DNA from: an uncultured delta proteobacterium
GTDB lineage: Bacteria; Myxococcota_A; Polyangia; Polyangiales; Polyangiaceae
Direction: 5' to 3'
Assembly: GCA_963696385.1 (NCBI GenBank)
Contig: CAVOKF010000006.1
Coordinates: 453,387 to 517,386, forward strand
Length of the DNA: 64,000 nucleotides
The notes beneath the pieces were generated by a model, which saw nothing but the letters and a program-made list of their open reading frames with translations, was not told where the DNA came from and searched no databases. Every line of letters begins with the position of its first letter. The stretch's first letter is position 1. Position numbers and translations under genes: made by a program. Shown one piece after another: positions 28,285 to 37,973 of the stretch.

Positions 28285-29702
28285 CCGAGGACACGATGCC
28301 TGGAGGCGAACGCACCACCGCGCTCCCCCGAGCACCGGCGCCTTTTCCATCGCCCGCCACGCGCACCCTTCCCGGGCTGCAGTGGACCGAGGGCGGCCAG
28401 CCTCGAATGGCGACCGTGGAGCGTCGGTGCGTACTGGGATCGGCGCCGCACTGCGACGTCATCATCGTCGACCCGACGGTCTCGCGCGTTCACGCCGAGA
28501 TCGAGCCGCGCGACGAAGGGATTCGGATGCGAGATCTGAACAGCCGCAACGGCACGTTCGTCGAAGGCGTGCGGGTCGAGTCGGCATGCGTGCTGCACGG
28601 GTTCACGATTCGGGTCGGCTCGACCGACGTCGTCGTCAATTATCAAAATGCCCAGCAACAGGCCGTCGAAAGCTGGCCTTCGGAGCGCTTCGGCCCGCTC
28701 GTCGGGCGAAGCCCTTCGATGCGCGAGCTCTTTGCCACGCTTGCGCGTTTGGCCCCGCTCGAGTGCTCGATCATGATCCAGGGGGAGACGGGCACCGGCA
28801 AGGAGCTCGTCGCTCGCGCGATCCACCTCGCGTCGGTGCGATCGTCCGGTCCGTTCGTCGTCGTCGACTGTGCGGCGCTGTCCGAGACCTTGATCGAGGC
28901 GGAGCTCTTCGGACACGTGAAGGGGTCCTTCACCGGCGCGCACCAGACCCGTGTCGGCGCCATCGAGGCGGCCGACGGCGGCACGGTATTCTTGGACGAG
29001 ATCGGCGAGCTGCCCATCGGCATGCAGCCGAAGCTTCTGCGCACCCTCGAGTCGTCGACCGTGCGGCGCATCGGGGAGTCGAAACATCGGCCGGTCAACG
29101 TCCGTTTCGTGACGGCGACCCATCGCGATCTGCTGTCGATGGTCAACCGGGGTGAGTTCCGGGAAGACCTGTACTTTCGTCTTGCGGTCATTCCCGTGCG
29201 CGTTCCGGCGCTGCGCGAGCGGACCGAAGACATCGATCTGCTGCTCCATCATTTTGGCGGGGGCGATCTCGCGTGGCTCACCCCCAAAGTGCTTCGCGGG
29301 CTCGAAAATCGTCCCTGGCGGGGTAACGTCCGAGAATTGCGTAACTTCGTCGAACGGGCCCGCGCGATCGGTCCGGCCGATGCGATGAACCTCCTGCAGG
29401 ACGCCGTGGAAGAGCGCGAGCCCGTCACGGCCGTCCTGCCGCGTCCTCCGGACTCGGCGCAGATGCGCGCCGCTGCCGTGGTCGTCGCACCTCCGGCGAG
29501 CGTCCCCCCGTACAAGGGACCGGACGCCCCGTCCTTCACCCAGCCCTTCCGGGCGTTCCGAGAGCAATGGATCGGCTACGGCGAGCGAGCGTTCCTGCGG
29601 GCGCTGCTCGAACAGCATCACAACAACGTCGCCGCCGCCGCCAAAGAGGCGGGGATCGATCGGACGCACATGTACCGACTGATCCGAAAGCACGGGCTGT
29701 GA
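28281..29702 (+). CDS. FHA-domain sigma54-dependent transcriptional activator (bEBP) with Fis HTH
   Basis: FHA (VSRVHAEI, DLNSRNGT), GETGTGKE, GSFTGA, FLDEIGE, WRGNVREL, and C-terminal NVAAAAKEAGIDRTHMYRL. Confidence 0.93.
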   Translation: MTEDTMPGGERTTALPRAPAPFPSPATRTLPGLQWTEGGQPRMATVERRCVLGSAPHCDVIIVDPTVSRVHAEIEPRDEGIRMRDLNSRNGTFVEGVRVESACVLHGFTIRVGSTDVVVNYQNAQQQAVESWPSERFGPLVGRSPSMRELFATLARLAPLECSIMIQGETGTGKELVARAIHLASVRSSGPFVVVDCAALSETLIEAELFGHVKGSFTGAHQTRVGAIEAADGGTVFLDEIGELPIGMQPKLLRTLESSTVRRIGESKHRPVNVRFVTATHRDLLSMVNRGEFREDLYFRLAVIPVRVPALRERTEDIDLLLHHFGGGDLAWLTPKVLRGLENRPWRGNVRELRNFVERARAIGPADAMNLLQDAVEEREPVTAVLPRPPDSAQMRAAAVVVAPPASVPPYKGPDAPSFTQPFRAFREQWIGYGERAFLRALLEQHHNNVAAAAKEAGIDRTHMYRLIRKHGL

Positions 29703-29919
29703 CCGCGCAACGTGCGCCGGTTCGATCGACGCCGCGCCGATCGAGTGGCCTCGGGCGCCACATGGAGTGCGCTCCGCGCCACAAACTATCCGTGGCGACC
29801 CCGCGACGTGCCCTCGGAAGCCGCCCCTCGACATGTCGGTATCGTCACGACGCCGGCGATATGCCGCGATTTGGGCGGATCCGAGAATGCGAGGGAGCGA
29901 TTTCACTCTCCGCGCATCG

Positions 29920-29935
29920 TGGCCTGTCCCTTGCT
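29920..29935 (+). promoter_or_regulatory. Putative sigma54 (-24/-12) promoter
   Basis: TGGCCTG-TCCC-TTGCT with exact spacing, ~44 nt before the GTG start at 29979 (GGAGG RBS), just downstream of a bEBP gene. Confidence 0.7.
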
Positions 29936-29978
29936 CACTACCCTGTCGCGTCAGGAAACAAACGCGGAGGGAATCAAC

Positions 29979-31424
29979 GTGAGAACAAGATATGCGTCGT
30001 TCGTGGTCCTAGCATCGGTGGCGTCGCTCGCAGGATGCGTAGCGCCCACATCCTCGTCGGAAGAAGACGTAGGTCAGACTTCGGAGGCCGTCAGCACGGG
30101 TGGCTTGACGGCTTCGATCACCATCACCAGTAGCTCCAGCCAAAACTACTCGGCCAGCATGACCATCGCCAACGGCGGTGACGAGCCGGCGAGCAACTGG
30201 CAAGTCGCCTTGAACTTGGGCAGTGCCACGATGCAGGGCAATCCGTCCAACTCCGAGATGCTCAATGTCGGCGGCCAAACGGTCATCGGTCCCGGTGCGT
30301 CGAGCACGACGCTGCAGCCCGGCAAGTCCGTGACGGTCACCTGGAACGCGCAGTTCCCGTCCGGCTCCACGACCTGGAAGCCCACGGTCAAGTCGGTCGA
30401 CGGCGTCGCCTCCGGCACGCCTTACAACCAATCGGCAGGCTGGCCGTCCGGCAGCGTCGACATGATCGCGCGGGCCGTGGCGACGGGTGCCCTGAACCTG
30501 GCGATCGCATACGAAAATAACAAGTTGCCCAATACCGGCGACGCGAACTACCCCTACTACGACAACCTGATTTGGGCCTCGACCTCGTTCGTCGTGTCGG
30601 GCGGCCAGATGGCCTTCGACCCGAACGTCCCGGGCTACGCCTTCATCCCGCCGCAAGCGGTCGCCGCCCTCGAGGCCATGCAGCAAAGCCCCGAAGTCGC
30701 GAGCTACTTGACCGCGGGCCTCACGAGTTGCTTCTTGCAGGGCGCCGACAACGTGTACAGCTTCAAAGCCGGCGTTCTCAAGGGCTTCGTCTATCCCGGT
30801 TCGTCGAAGTCGGTTTCGATCATCGGTGGCCGGCCGACCGGCGTCATCCAGAACTACAATCCCCTGGAAGTCACCGACAGCTTTACGACGAGCGGTGTCT
30901 CGTCGAACGGGGCCGAGGCGATCACCGTGACGTTGACGGGGACGACGGTGTATCCGGACTTGTGGTTCGGCATTCTGACCGCCAGCGGGTTGCAACTCTT
31001 CCCGAATACCCAGGCGGTTTACAACAAGTACACGGGCGGCAACAGCGTGGCGTGCTCGCCGTTCAACGGTCCCGGCGGCACGGCCAATCCGTACTTCGCC
31101 ATGACGCTCAACGGCTCATCGGTCCCCGCGCGCTTCCAGGGCGTGGGCCAAGAGTGCCAGGGCGGCGGTTGCTCGTCGACGATGACGCTCGATCCTGACC
31201 CGTATTCGGGCTCCGGGGCGTACTACAACACGGCCGGTCTGGTGGGACCGCAGCCAAACCCGTTCGCTCTCAACCCCTGCGACCTCTTGGCGAACCCGGC
31301 GCACCAGGGTCAGTGGTCGACTTCGACCAACGCGAGCGGCGCAACGGTATGGGGAACCTTCTCGACCCCCGTGGTCTTCAAGGGCCAGGTGGTCGATTAC
31401 TCCTGGTCGGAAGTGGCCGATTGA
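29979..31424 (+). CDS. Lipoprotein with CBM2-like cellulose-binding domain and unrecognised C-terminal domain
   Basis: Lipobox LAGC and a CBM2-like segment (YSASMTIANGGDEPASNWQVAL...TLQPGKSVT). The C-terminal ~300 aa were not recognised. Confidence 0.7.
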   Translation: MRTRYASFVVLASVASLAGCVAPTSSSEEDVGQTSEAVSTGGLTASITITSSSSQNYSASMTIANGGDEPASNWQVALNLGSATMQGNPSNSEMLNVGGQTVIGPGASSTTLQPGKSVTVTWNAQFPSGSTTWKPTVKSVDGVASGTPYNQSAGWPSGSVDMIARAVATGALNLAIAYENNKLPNTGDANYPYYDNLIWASTSFVVSGGQMAFDPNVPGYAFIPPQAVAALEAMQQSPEVASYLTAGLTSCFLQGADNVYSFKAGVLKGFVYPGSSKSVSIIGGRPTGVIQNYNPLEVTDSFTTSGVSSNGAEAITVTLTGTTVYPDLWFGILTASGLQLFPNTQAVYNKYTGGNSVACSPFNGPGGTANPYFAMTLNGSSVPARFQGVGQECQGGGCSSTMTLDPDPYSGSGAYYNTAGLVGPQPNPFALNPCDLLANPAHQGQWSTSTNASGATVWGTFSTPVVFKGQVVDYSWSEVAD

Positions 31425-31506
31425 GTCCCTGCGGCGTCCTACAGACCTGGTAGGACAAAGTTCCCGCGACCGCGGTCGCTCTCCGCAAAGCCAATGACCT
31501 GAACGC

Positions 31507-31555
31507 AAAAGTCAATCGACCGTGCCACACTCTTCGGCACGGTCGATTGGCTTTT
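31507..31555. terminator. Bidirectional intrinsic terminator
   Basis: 20-bp inverted repeat (AAAAGTCAATCGACCGTGCC / GGCACGGTCGATTGGCTTTT, 19/20 complementary) with A and T tracts, between convergent genes. Confidence 0.85.
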
Positions 31556-31634
31556 TGTAGATGCGATTTCGGATGGGATCGCACTCGCCGGCGCAGAATC
31601 GGTTCGCGAAAATCAAAACCGCCGTGCGCGCAAG

Positions 31635-32531
31635 TCAGAGCTGCTTGGCCGAGAACGTGTCGCACGCCGAAATCGAACCCTGGTCGAATCCGCGACGAAA
31701 CCAGCGCACGCGCTCTTGCGACGAGCCGTGCGTCCACGACTCCGGGCTCACGGTGCCGGTCGCCATCTTCTGAAGCCGATCGTCGCCGACCGCCGCGGCG
31801 GCCCCGAGTGCCGAGTCGATGTCGCCGCTTTCGAGCAGGTGCCGCTGATCGGTCGACTTGGCCCAGATCCCCGCGAAGCAGTCGGCTTGCAACTCGAGAC
31901 GGACGGAAGCGCCCGTCGCTCCGGCGGTGTGCCTTAGCGATTCGACCCGTTCGCTGATGCCGAGAAGCTTCTGGACGTGATGTCCAATCTCGTGCGCGAT
32001 GACGTACGCTTGCGCGAACTGCCCGCGCGCTCCGAGCTTGCTGGACAGTTCGCGGAAAAACCCGAGATCGATGTACACGTGCTCGTCGCTCGGGCAGTAA
32101 AACGGTCCGGTGGCCGCCTCGCCTTCGCCGCAGCCGGTCCGGGTTTCATCCGTGTAAAGCACGAGCTTCGCGTGCCGGTACGGCCGCTGCAAACGACGGG
32201 TGAACGTGTCGGACCAGCTCGACTGCACGTCGTCGAGCACGAACGACACGAAGTGAACCTCCGGCGTTTCCGCACGGGGGTCCGCCGATTGCGGAAGCGT
32301 GCTGCCGTGGGCGTGCATCCCCGCTGAAACGCCGCCGAGAAATCCCCGGCCGAGGTAGAAGAGCAGGGCGCCGCCGAGGACGACCCAGCCGAACCGGCTG
32401 CGAAGAAGCCACGGCAGCAAGAAGAGAAGGCCCCCGATGGATCCGCCGCCCTGCATGGGCTCTTCCCCGCGGCGATCGATGAGGTCCGGGCTTTCGTGCT
32501 CGTCGTCCCAGCGCATGGCGATAGGAGACAT
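31635..32531 (-). CDS. Neutral zinc metallopeptidase (YpfJ family)
   Basis: GPFYCP, AQAYVIAHEIGHHVQ, ELQADCFAG and WTHGSS motifs. Confidence 0.92.
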   Translation of the reverse strand: MSPIAMRWDDEHESPDLIDRRGEEPMQGGGSIGGLLFLLPWLLRSRFGWVVLGGALLFYLGRGFLGGVSAGMHAHGSTLPQSADPRAETPEVHFVSFVLDDVQSSWSDTFTRRLQRPYRHAKLVLYTDETRTGCGEGEAATGPFYCPSDEHVYIDLGFFRELSSKLGARGQFAQAYVIAHEIGHHVQKLLGISERVESLRHTAGATGASVRLELQADCFAGIWAKSTDQRHLLESGDIDSALGAAAAVGDDRLQKMATGTVSPESWTHGSSQERVRWFRRGFDQGSISACDTFSAKQL

Positions 32532-32567
32532 CTACGCGCGCGTGCGCCGGTTGGCCACCGCGGACCC

Positions 32568-33218
32568 CTATTTGGGCGTCAAACTGTCGATGAGCGCGTC
32601 GAAGGACGGTCGCGCGCTCTGCACGTCGGCCGACGGTCCGATGAGCCGGAAGAAGTACGCGGTGCCCCCCGCCGGAACAATCGCGGCGAGCAGCGTCCAG
32701 TCCGGACGCGGAGTCACGGGTGCTCCGGGCAACATTCCGCTCGAGCGGTACGTTCCACTGACTTCGACCACCGTGACGTCGAGACCGCGGACGTGCTTGA
32801 CCGTCTGGCTCTCATGGGGCCCGTCGAACTGGCCCATCCAGCGTTGGATGTTCGCGTCCGGCGTTCCGCCGGCGCGCGAGACGCTCACGTCGAGCGGTTC
32901 GCTGCCGGAAGGCCCCGGGATACGATAGCTCGCAAGGCGCATGCGGTTTGGATTGCGCACGGCTTGCCACCCGGTTGGCGCCGTCCACGTGACGGCCGGG
33001 GCCTCTGCGTTTTCCGCACCCATCATGGCGCGCGACGACAGCGGTGCCGTCGGACCGGGCCCCGGGGCGACGGCCGAGTTCGTGGCCTCGGGCGTGGCGG
33101 AAGACGGGCGCTCGAGGTCCGGCGGTTTCTTGCCGCTTCGCAACATCGCGAACGCGCCGGCGGCGACCACGACAACGACTACGGCCACGGCGAACGGAGC
33201 AAGTCGCTTCGTCTGCAT
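32568..33218 (-). CDS. Membrane-anchored conserved hypothetical protein
   Basis: N-terminal TM followed by WTAPTGW...MRLASY...GGTPDANIQRWMGQF. Start placed at ATG 33218. Confidence 0.65.
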   Translation of the reverse strand: MQTKRLAPFAVAVVVVVVAAGAFAMLRSGKKPPDLERPSSATPEATNSAVAPGPGPTAPLSSRAMMGAENAEAPAVTWTAPTGWQAVRNPNRMRLASYRIPGPSGSEPLDVSVSRAGGTPDANIQRWMGQFDGPHESQTVKHVRGLDVTVVEVSGTYRSSGMLPGAPVTPRPDWTLLAAIVPAGGTAYFFRLIGPSADVQSARPSFDALIDSLTPK

Positions 33219-33455
33219 CAGACCTCCGACCACTCGGTCCTCGTACCGCCATGCGGGCGTCGCTGTCCAGTGACCTCTCGTGCCTCGCTCGTCGTGTGCG
33301 CCGTCGTCGAGCGGACCCAGGCAAAGGAGCGTCAATCGCGGACTGGTGCTTTAGGGGTGCCTTCCGCCTGCACCGTTGCCGGCGGGCGAAACGGTTGCGC
33401 CCTTATCGTTCCATGGACAAAAGTGAGGGGTGGGGTACTAGTCTCACGAACCGTG

Positions 33456-34901
33456 ATGACGGATGAGACGCGCGTCGAAGACTCGAAGTACGATCTCGGT
33501 GCCCCTTCGCCCGCCATCTACGCGGGCGAACTGCCTTGGGGGTACGGCGTAGACCGCATCACGGCCATCGTACGCGATCCGGAATCGGCCTACCTCTATT
33601 GGGAGGTGACCGACGCCGGCCTCGCGTCCGCGCGGCAGCGTCTCGGGCCCTCCGGCAACGACGGCTGGTGCAACTTGCGCGTGTACGACACGACCGGCAA
33701 GGTCTTCGACGGCACCAACGCGAACGACTACTTCGACATCCGCGTCGATCGCGCGGATCGCGAGTACTTCGTGATGATTCGGCGACCGACCTCGACCATG
33801 CATGTCGAGATCGGAGTCAAGACACAAGAAGGGTATTTTCAGCCCATCGCGCGGTCGGGCGGAGCCGATTTCCCGCGCAATGCGCCCTCACCCAACACGA
33901 ATCTCGAGTGGCTCACGGTGACCTCCGACTACGCGCCGCCCGCGGTCGCACCCTTTCAGTCGCGCTACGCCGGGCCCGAACCCGCGTTGCCGGGTCGCGA
34001 GGGAGCCGGCTACGTCGACGTCTGGCGTGCGGCGTATGCGCCCTCCATTCCGGGGGCGGCGACTCCGCTCGAGAACGCCGCGTCGAGCGGCGCGGGCGTC
34101 CATCGGACCTACGATCGGAGCGCGCACATCGAGCGCTGGTGGCATCTGGAGGAATGGCGATCGGAGTGGCGTGGCGGCTTGCGTTTCGTGCGCCGCGTCG
34201 GCGCGGTCGACGACACGACCGTGTCGTCGTGGCACGAGGGGCCGTTCGCCGTGGATCTGCTCGACCGGGAGCGCATCGCCATCGAGCTGCTCGGCGAGGT
34301 GCCAATCCGACTGCTTTCGCAAGGCATGGAATTTACCGTGTACGGTCCCTGGAAGATGACGGTGCGAAGCTTCGACGCGGAGCCCCACCGGCGCGTGATT
34401 TCGACGTGGGCGATGCGCTGGGTGCGCGCGACGACACCCCTCATCGAACGCTGGGGACTCGGAATCGAGCGGCAGATCCTCAGCGGCTACGAGCGCGAGA
34501 TCGTCGTGCACGGCGCCTCCGAGCGGCACGCTCTGCTCGAGCGCGGCGCGAGCGAACTGTGGCGCATCGGAGCCTCGGAGCGCATGTGGCTCGGTGCGAG
34601 CGAGTGGGCTGCCGCCGGCGCCTCGGAGACGCTCTTTCTCGGCGGATCGCAGTGGGCGTTTGCCGGGGCGAGCGCATTCGCTCAATTGGGCGCGAGCGAG
34701 CGAACCGGCGCGAGCGAGGTGATCGGTGCGAGCGAGCGGTGGCGCGCGGCAGGCGGCGCGAGCCAATTCGGAGGCGCGAGCGAGACGCAAGGCGCGAGCG
34801 AGTGGTGGTACGCGGCGGGCGGCGCGAGTCGGTTGGGGGGCGCGAGCGAGCGGTCGTTCGGTACGGCGGAGCGTTGGGGCGGGCGGCTGAAGGAGGATTG
34901 A
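33456..34901 (+). CDS. DUF4912 domain protein with C-terminal GASE repeats
   Basis: ELPWGYGVDRITAIVRDPESAYLYWEV and LRVYD motifs of DUF4912. It lies directly upstream of a GH57 gene. Confidence 0.82.
   Translation: MTDETRVEDSKYDLGAPSPAIYAGELPWGYGVDRITAIVRDPESAYLYWEVTDAGLASARQRLGPSGNDGWCNLRVYDTTGKVFDGTNANDYFDIRVDRADREYFVMIRRPTSTMHVEIGVKTQEGYFQPIARSGGADFPRNAPSPNTNLEWLTVTSDYAPPAVAPFQSRYAGPEPALPGREGAGYVDVWRAAYAPSIPGAATPLENAASSGAGVHRTYDRSAHIERWWHLEEWRSEWRGGLRFVRRVGAVDDTTVSSWHEGPFAVDLLDRERIAIELLGEVPIRLLSQGMEFTVYGPWKMTVRSFDAEPHRRVISTWAMRWVRATTPLIERWGLGIERQILSGYEREIVVHGASERHALLERGASELWRIGASERMWLGASEWAAAGASETLFLGGSQWAFAGASAFAQLGASERTGASEVIGASERWRAAGGASQFGGASETQGASEWWYAAGGASRLGGASERSFGTAERWGGRLKED
34512..34850 (+). 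repeat. Coding repeat: 15 G-[AG]-S units (11 exact GASE) spaced 6-9 aa apart
   Basis: Counted directly in the translation HGASE...GGASERSFG. Confidence 0.9.
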
Positions 34902-34903
34902 AC

Positions 34904-36491
34904 GTGGCGCACGGATATCTGGCGATCGTCCTTCACGCGCATTTGCCGTTCGTTCGGCATCCGGAAGCGCCGTCGTACATGGAAGAGGAGTGGTTCTTCG
35001 AGGCCATCACCGAGACGTACATCCCGCTCTTGCTCGCGTTCGAGAACCTGTCGCGCGACGACATCGACTTTCGGATCACGCTCTCGTTCAGCTCGTCTTT
35101 GCTTTCGATGATGACCGACGACCTGCTCAAGGAGCGGTATGCGGGCAAGCTCGACCACCTGATCGAGCTCGCCGACAAGGAGGTCGACCGCACGTGGCGC
35201 GAAGACCGCACCTTCCACGAGCTTGCGAAGATGTACCGGCATCGCTTCCACGAGACGCGCAACTGTTGGCGGCGCTACGACGGCGATCTCGATTCGGGCC
35301 TACCGTGCGCTGCAGGACGCCGGTCGTGTCGAGATCATCACGTGCACGGCCACGCACCCGTTCTTTCCGCTTCTCGACCGCAACTGGGCCGCGTTTCGCG
35401 CGCAGATTTATACGGCCGCGAGCCTGTACGAGCGTCTCTTCGGGCGCCGTTCGCAGGGCATGTGGCTCGGCGAATGCGGTTACGTCCCCGGTGTGGACGA
35501 GCTCTTGCGCGAGGAAGGCATCCGCTTCTTCTTCGTCGACACCCACGGCGTCCTGTTCGCCGATCCGCGGCCGCTCTACGGCGTGCACGCGCCGATCTAT
35601 TGCCGATCGGGAGTGGCCGCGTTCGGTCGCGACATCGAGAGCTCCAAGCAAGTGTGGAGTGCTCAAGAGGGCTACCCGGGCGACCCGGCCTACCGCGACT
35701 TCTACCGGGACGTCGGCTTCGATCTTCCGCACGACTACATCGGGCCGTACATCCACCCCGAAGGGATCCGGACGTTCACCGGGATCAAGTATTACGCGGT
35801 GACCCATCGCTCGGCGGATCAAAAGCGTCCGTACGACCCCCATCAGGCGTATTTGCGCGCCGCGGAGCACGCGGGCAATTTCATGCACAATCGCGAGCGC
35901 CAGGTCGAGCATCTGCGCGCCAACATGGATCGGCGTCCGATCGTGGTCGCGCCGTACGACGCGGAGCTCTTCGGGCACTGGTGGTACGAGGGCCCCATGT
36001 TTTTGGAGCTGTTGTTCCGCAAGCTCCAATACGATCAGGGCGCCGTTGCGCCGATCACGCCGAGCGGATACCTGCACGAGTATCCCACCAACCAAGTGGC
36101 GACGCCGTGCTGGTCGTCATGGGGCGAGAAGGGCTACGGCGACTACTGGTGCAACGGCACGAACGCTTGGGTTTACCGGCATCTGCACAAGATCGCCGAG
36201 CGCATGGTGGAGCTCGCGCACAGGTTTCCGAGCGCCGAGGGCGTGCAGCGGGTTGCCCTCGATCAGGCGGCGCGAGAGGTCATGCTCGCCCAAGCGAGCG
36301 ACTGGGCCTTCATCATGAAGACCGGCACGACCGTGCCGTACGCGACCAAGCGCACGGTCGACCACGTGACGCGCTTCACGCGCATCTACGACCAGCTTCT
36401 GAGCGGATCGGTCGACGAGCGATGGCTCGCCGAAGTGGCGAGCCGAGACAACCTGTTTCCCGACGTCGACTATCGCGTCTATGGGACCTGA
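34904..36491 (+). pseudogene. GH57 1,4-alpha-glucan branching enzyme (DUF1957) with one frameshift at ~35291 (real or sequencing error)
   Basis: HAHLPFVRHP and EEWFFEAITETYIPLL lie in one frame. After one extra base (CTC-G-ATT-CGG-GCC-TAC), ATHPFFPLL, WLGECGY, PYDAELFGHWWYEG and AQASDWAF continue in the next frame. Confidence 0.85.
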
Positions 36492-37963
36492 GTCGGTTCG
36501 CCGCGCCGGGCCGCCACGGCCCACCGGTAGACCTGCTCGTAGCGCGCCGCCGCGACCTCCCAGCCGAAGCGCTTGCCCATGGCCCTTCTCTGCATCGCGA
36601 TGAAATCGGCGGGTCGATTGCGATAGGTCTCGACCGCCCACCCCACCGTGGCGACGAGGGCATCGACATTCAGATCCCAAAACTTGAATCCCGACCCCGC
36701 GCCGGTCGCGCTGTCGTAGTTGTCCACCGTGTCGTCGAGGCCGCCTGTTGCGCGCACGATGGGCAGCGCGCCGTAGCGCTGGCTGTACATTTGGTTCAAG
36801 CCGCAGGGCTCGAAGCGCGAGGGCATCACGAAGAGGTCCGCGCCCGCCTCGATCCGGTGCGCGAGCCCTTCGCTGAAACCCACCCACCCGCGAAAGCGAT
36901 CGCCGCCGTGGTGCGATCGGGTGAGCAGGTACTCCTCGGCCGCCCGGTCGCCTGCCCCCAGGACCACGACCTGCGTATCCAGATCGAGGATGCGTGTCAG
37001 CCCGGCGAGCAGCACGTCGGTCCCCTTCTGGCCGCTCAGGCGCGAGACGACGCCGAGCAGCGGCACGTCGGGGCGTTCGGCCAATCCGAGCTCGCGTTGT
37101 AGGGCAAGCTTGCACACGGCCTTGCCCGTCAAATCCGCGCGGTCGAACGGACGAGCGATCGCGGGGTCGGTCCGGGGGTTCCACGCGTGCTCGTCGATTC
37201 CGTTGAGAATCCCGACGGTGTCGGCCCCGCGAAAGCGCATCACGTGATCCAGCCCGGCTCCGCCTTCGCGCGTTCGGATTTCGAGTGCGTACCGCGGGGA
37301 CACGGCGGTCAACTTGGTCGCGTGAAAGAGCCCGCCCTTCAGGGGGTTCACGGCCCCGAAGTCTTCGAGGCCGTCGGCGCGGAATTCGCTCCAGGGGATG
37401 TGCGTGGCGGGCAGCTCGCTGGCCGGAAACTTCGCTTGATGCGCGAGATTGTGAATCGTCAGAACCGATGCCGATCGGCCGAGAGCGCCCTGGCGTTCCA
37501 CCGTATTGAGGTAGATGGGCAGCAAGGCCGTAGGCCAGTCGTGCACGTGGAAGACGTCCGGAGCAAAGCGGATGTGCTTGCAGAGTTGAAGGGCGCCGCG
37601 ACAGAGAAAGGCGAAGCGTACGAGGTTGTCGACGGCGTAGCCGCCCGGCGGATCGTACAGGTACCCCCGCGCAAAGAGCGCCTCGTGGTCGAGCAGATAC
37701 ACGGGGACGTCGCTGCCCGGCAACCGCGTCTCGAATACGCCCGCCCAGGCTTCGCCCCGGCCGAGCGGAACGCCGAGCGGCGCCCCATGGCGCGTGAGCC
37801 CGGCCGTCTCGATGACGTCGTAGCGCGGGATGACGACGCGCGCGTCGTGCCCGAGCGCGCAGAGCGCCGCGGGCAGCGCGCCGATCACGTCGCCCAGGCC
37901 GCCCGCTTTGACGTACTGGGCGCACTCGGAGGCGACGAACAAGACACGCAGCGGGGCAGGCAT
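36479..37963 (-). CDS. glgA: Glycogen synthase
   Basis: [32 protein letters not shown] and TGGLDDTV motifs. Confidence 0.95.
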   Translation of the reverse strand: MPAPLRVLFVASECAQYVKAGGLGDVIGALPAALCALGHDARVVIPRYDVIETAGLTRHGAPLGVPLGRGEAWAGVFETRLPGSDVPVYLLDHEALFARGYLYDPPGGYAVDNLVRFAFLCRGALQLCKHIRFAPDVFHVHDWPTALLPIYLNTVERQGALGRSASVLTIHNLAHQAKFPASELPATHIPWSEFRADGLEDFGAVNPLKGGLFHATKLTAVSPRYALEIRTREGGAGLDHVMRFRGADTVGILNGIDEHAWNPRTDPAIARPFDRADLTGKAVCKLALQRELGLAERPDVPLLGVVSRLSGQKGTDVLLAGLTRILDLDTQVVVLGAGDRAAEEYLLTRSHHGGDRFRGWVGFSEGLAHRIEAGADLFVMPSRFEPCGLNQMYSQRYGALPIVRATGGLDDTVDNYDSATGAGSGFKFWDLNVDALVATVGWAVETYRNRPADFIAMQRRAMGKRFGWEVAAARYEQVYRWAVAARRGEPTQVP

Positions 37964-37973
37964 GGGCGGATTC

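Noticed and set aside
33536..37102. 1188-aa ORF as a single giant protein
   Set aside because: Only 34904-35290 is real (the GH57 N-terminus). The rest is off-frame Arg-rich translation of GC-rich DNA.
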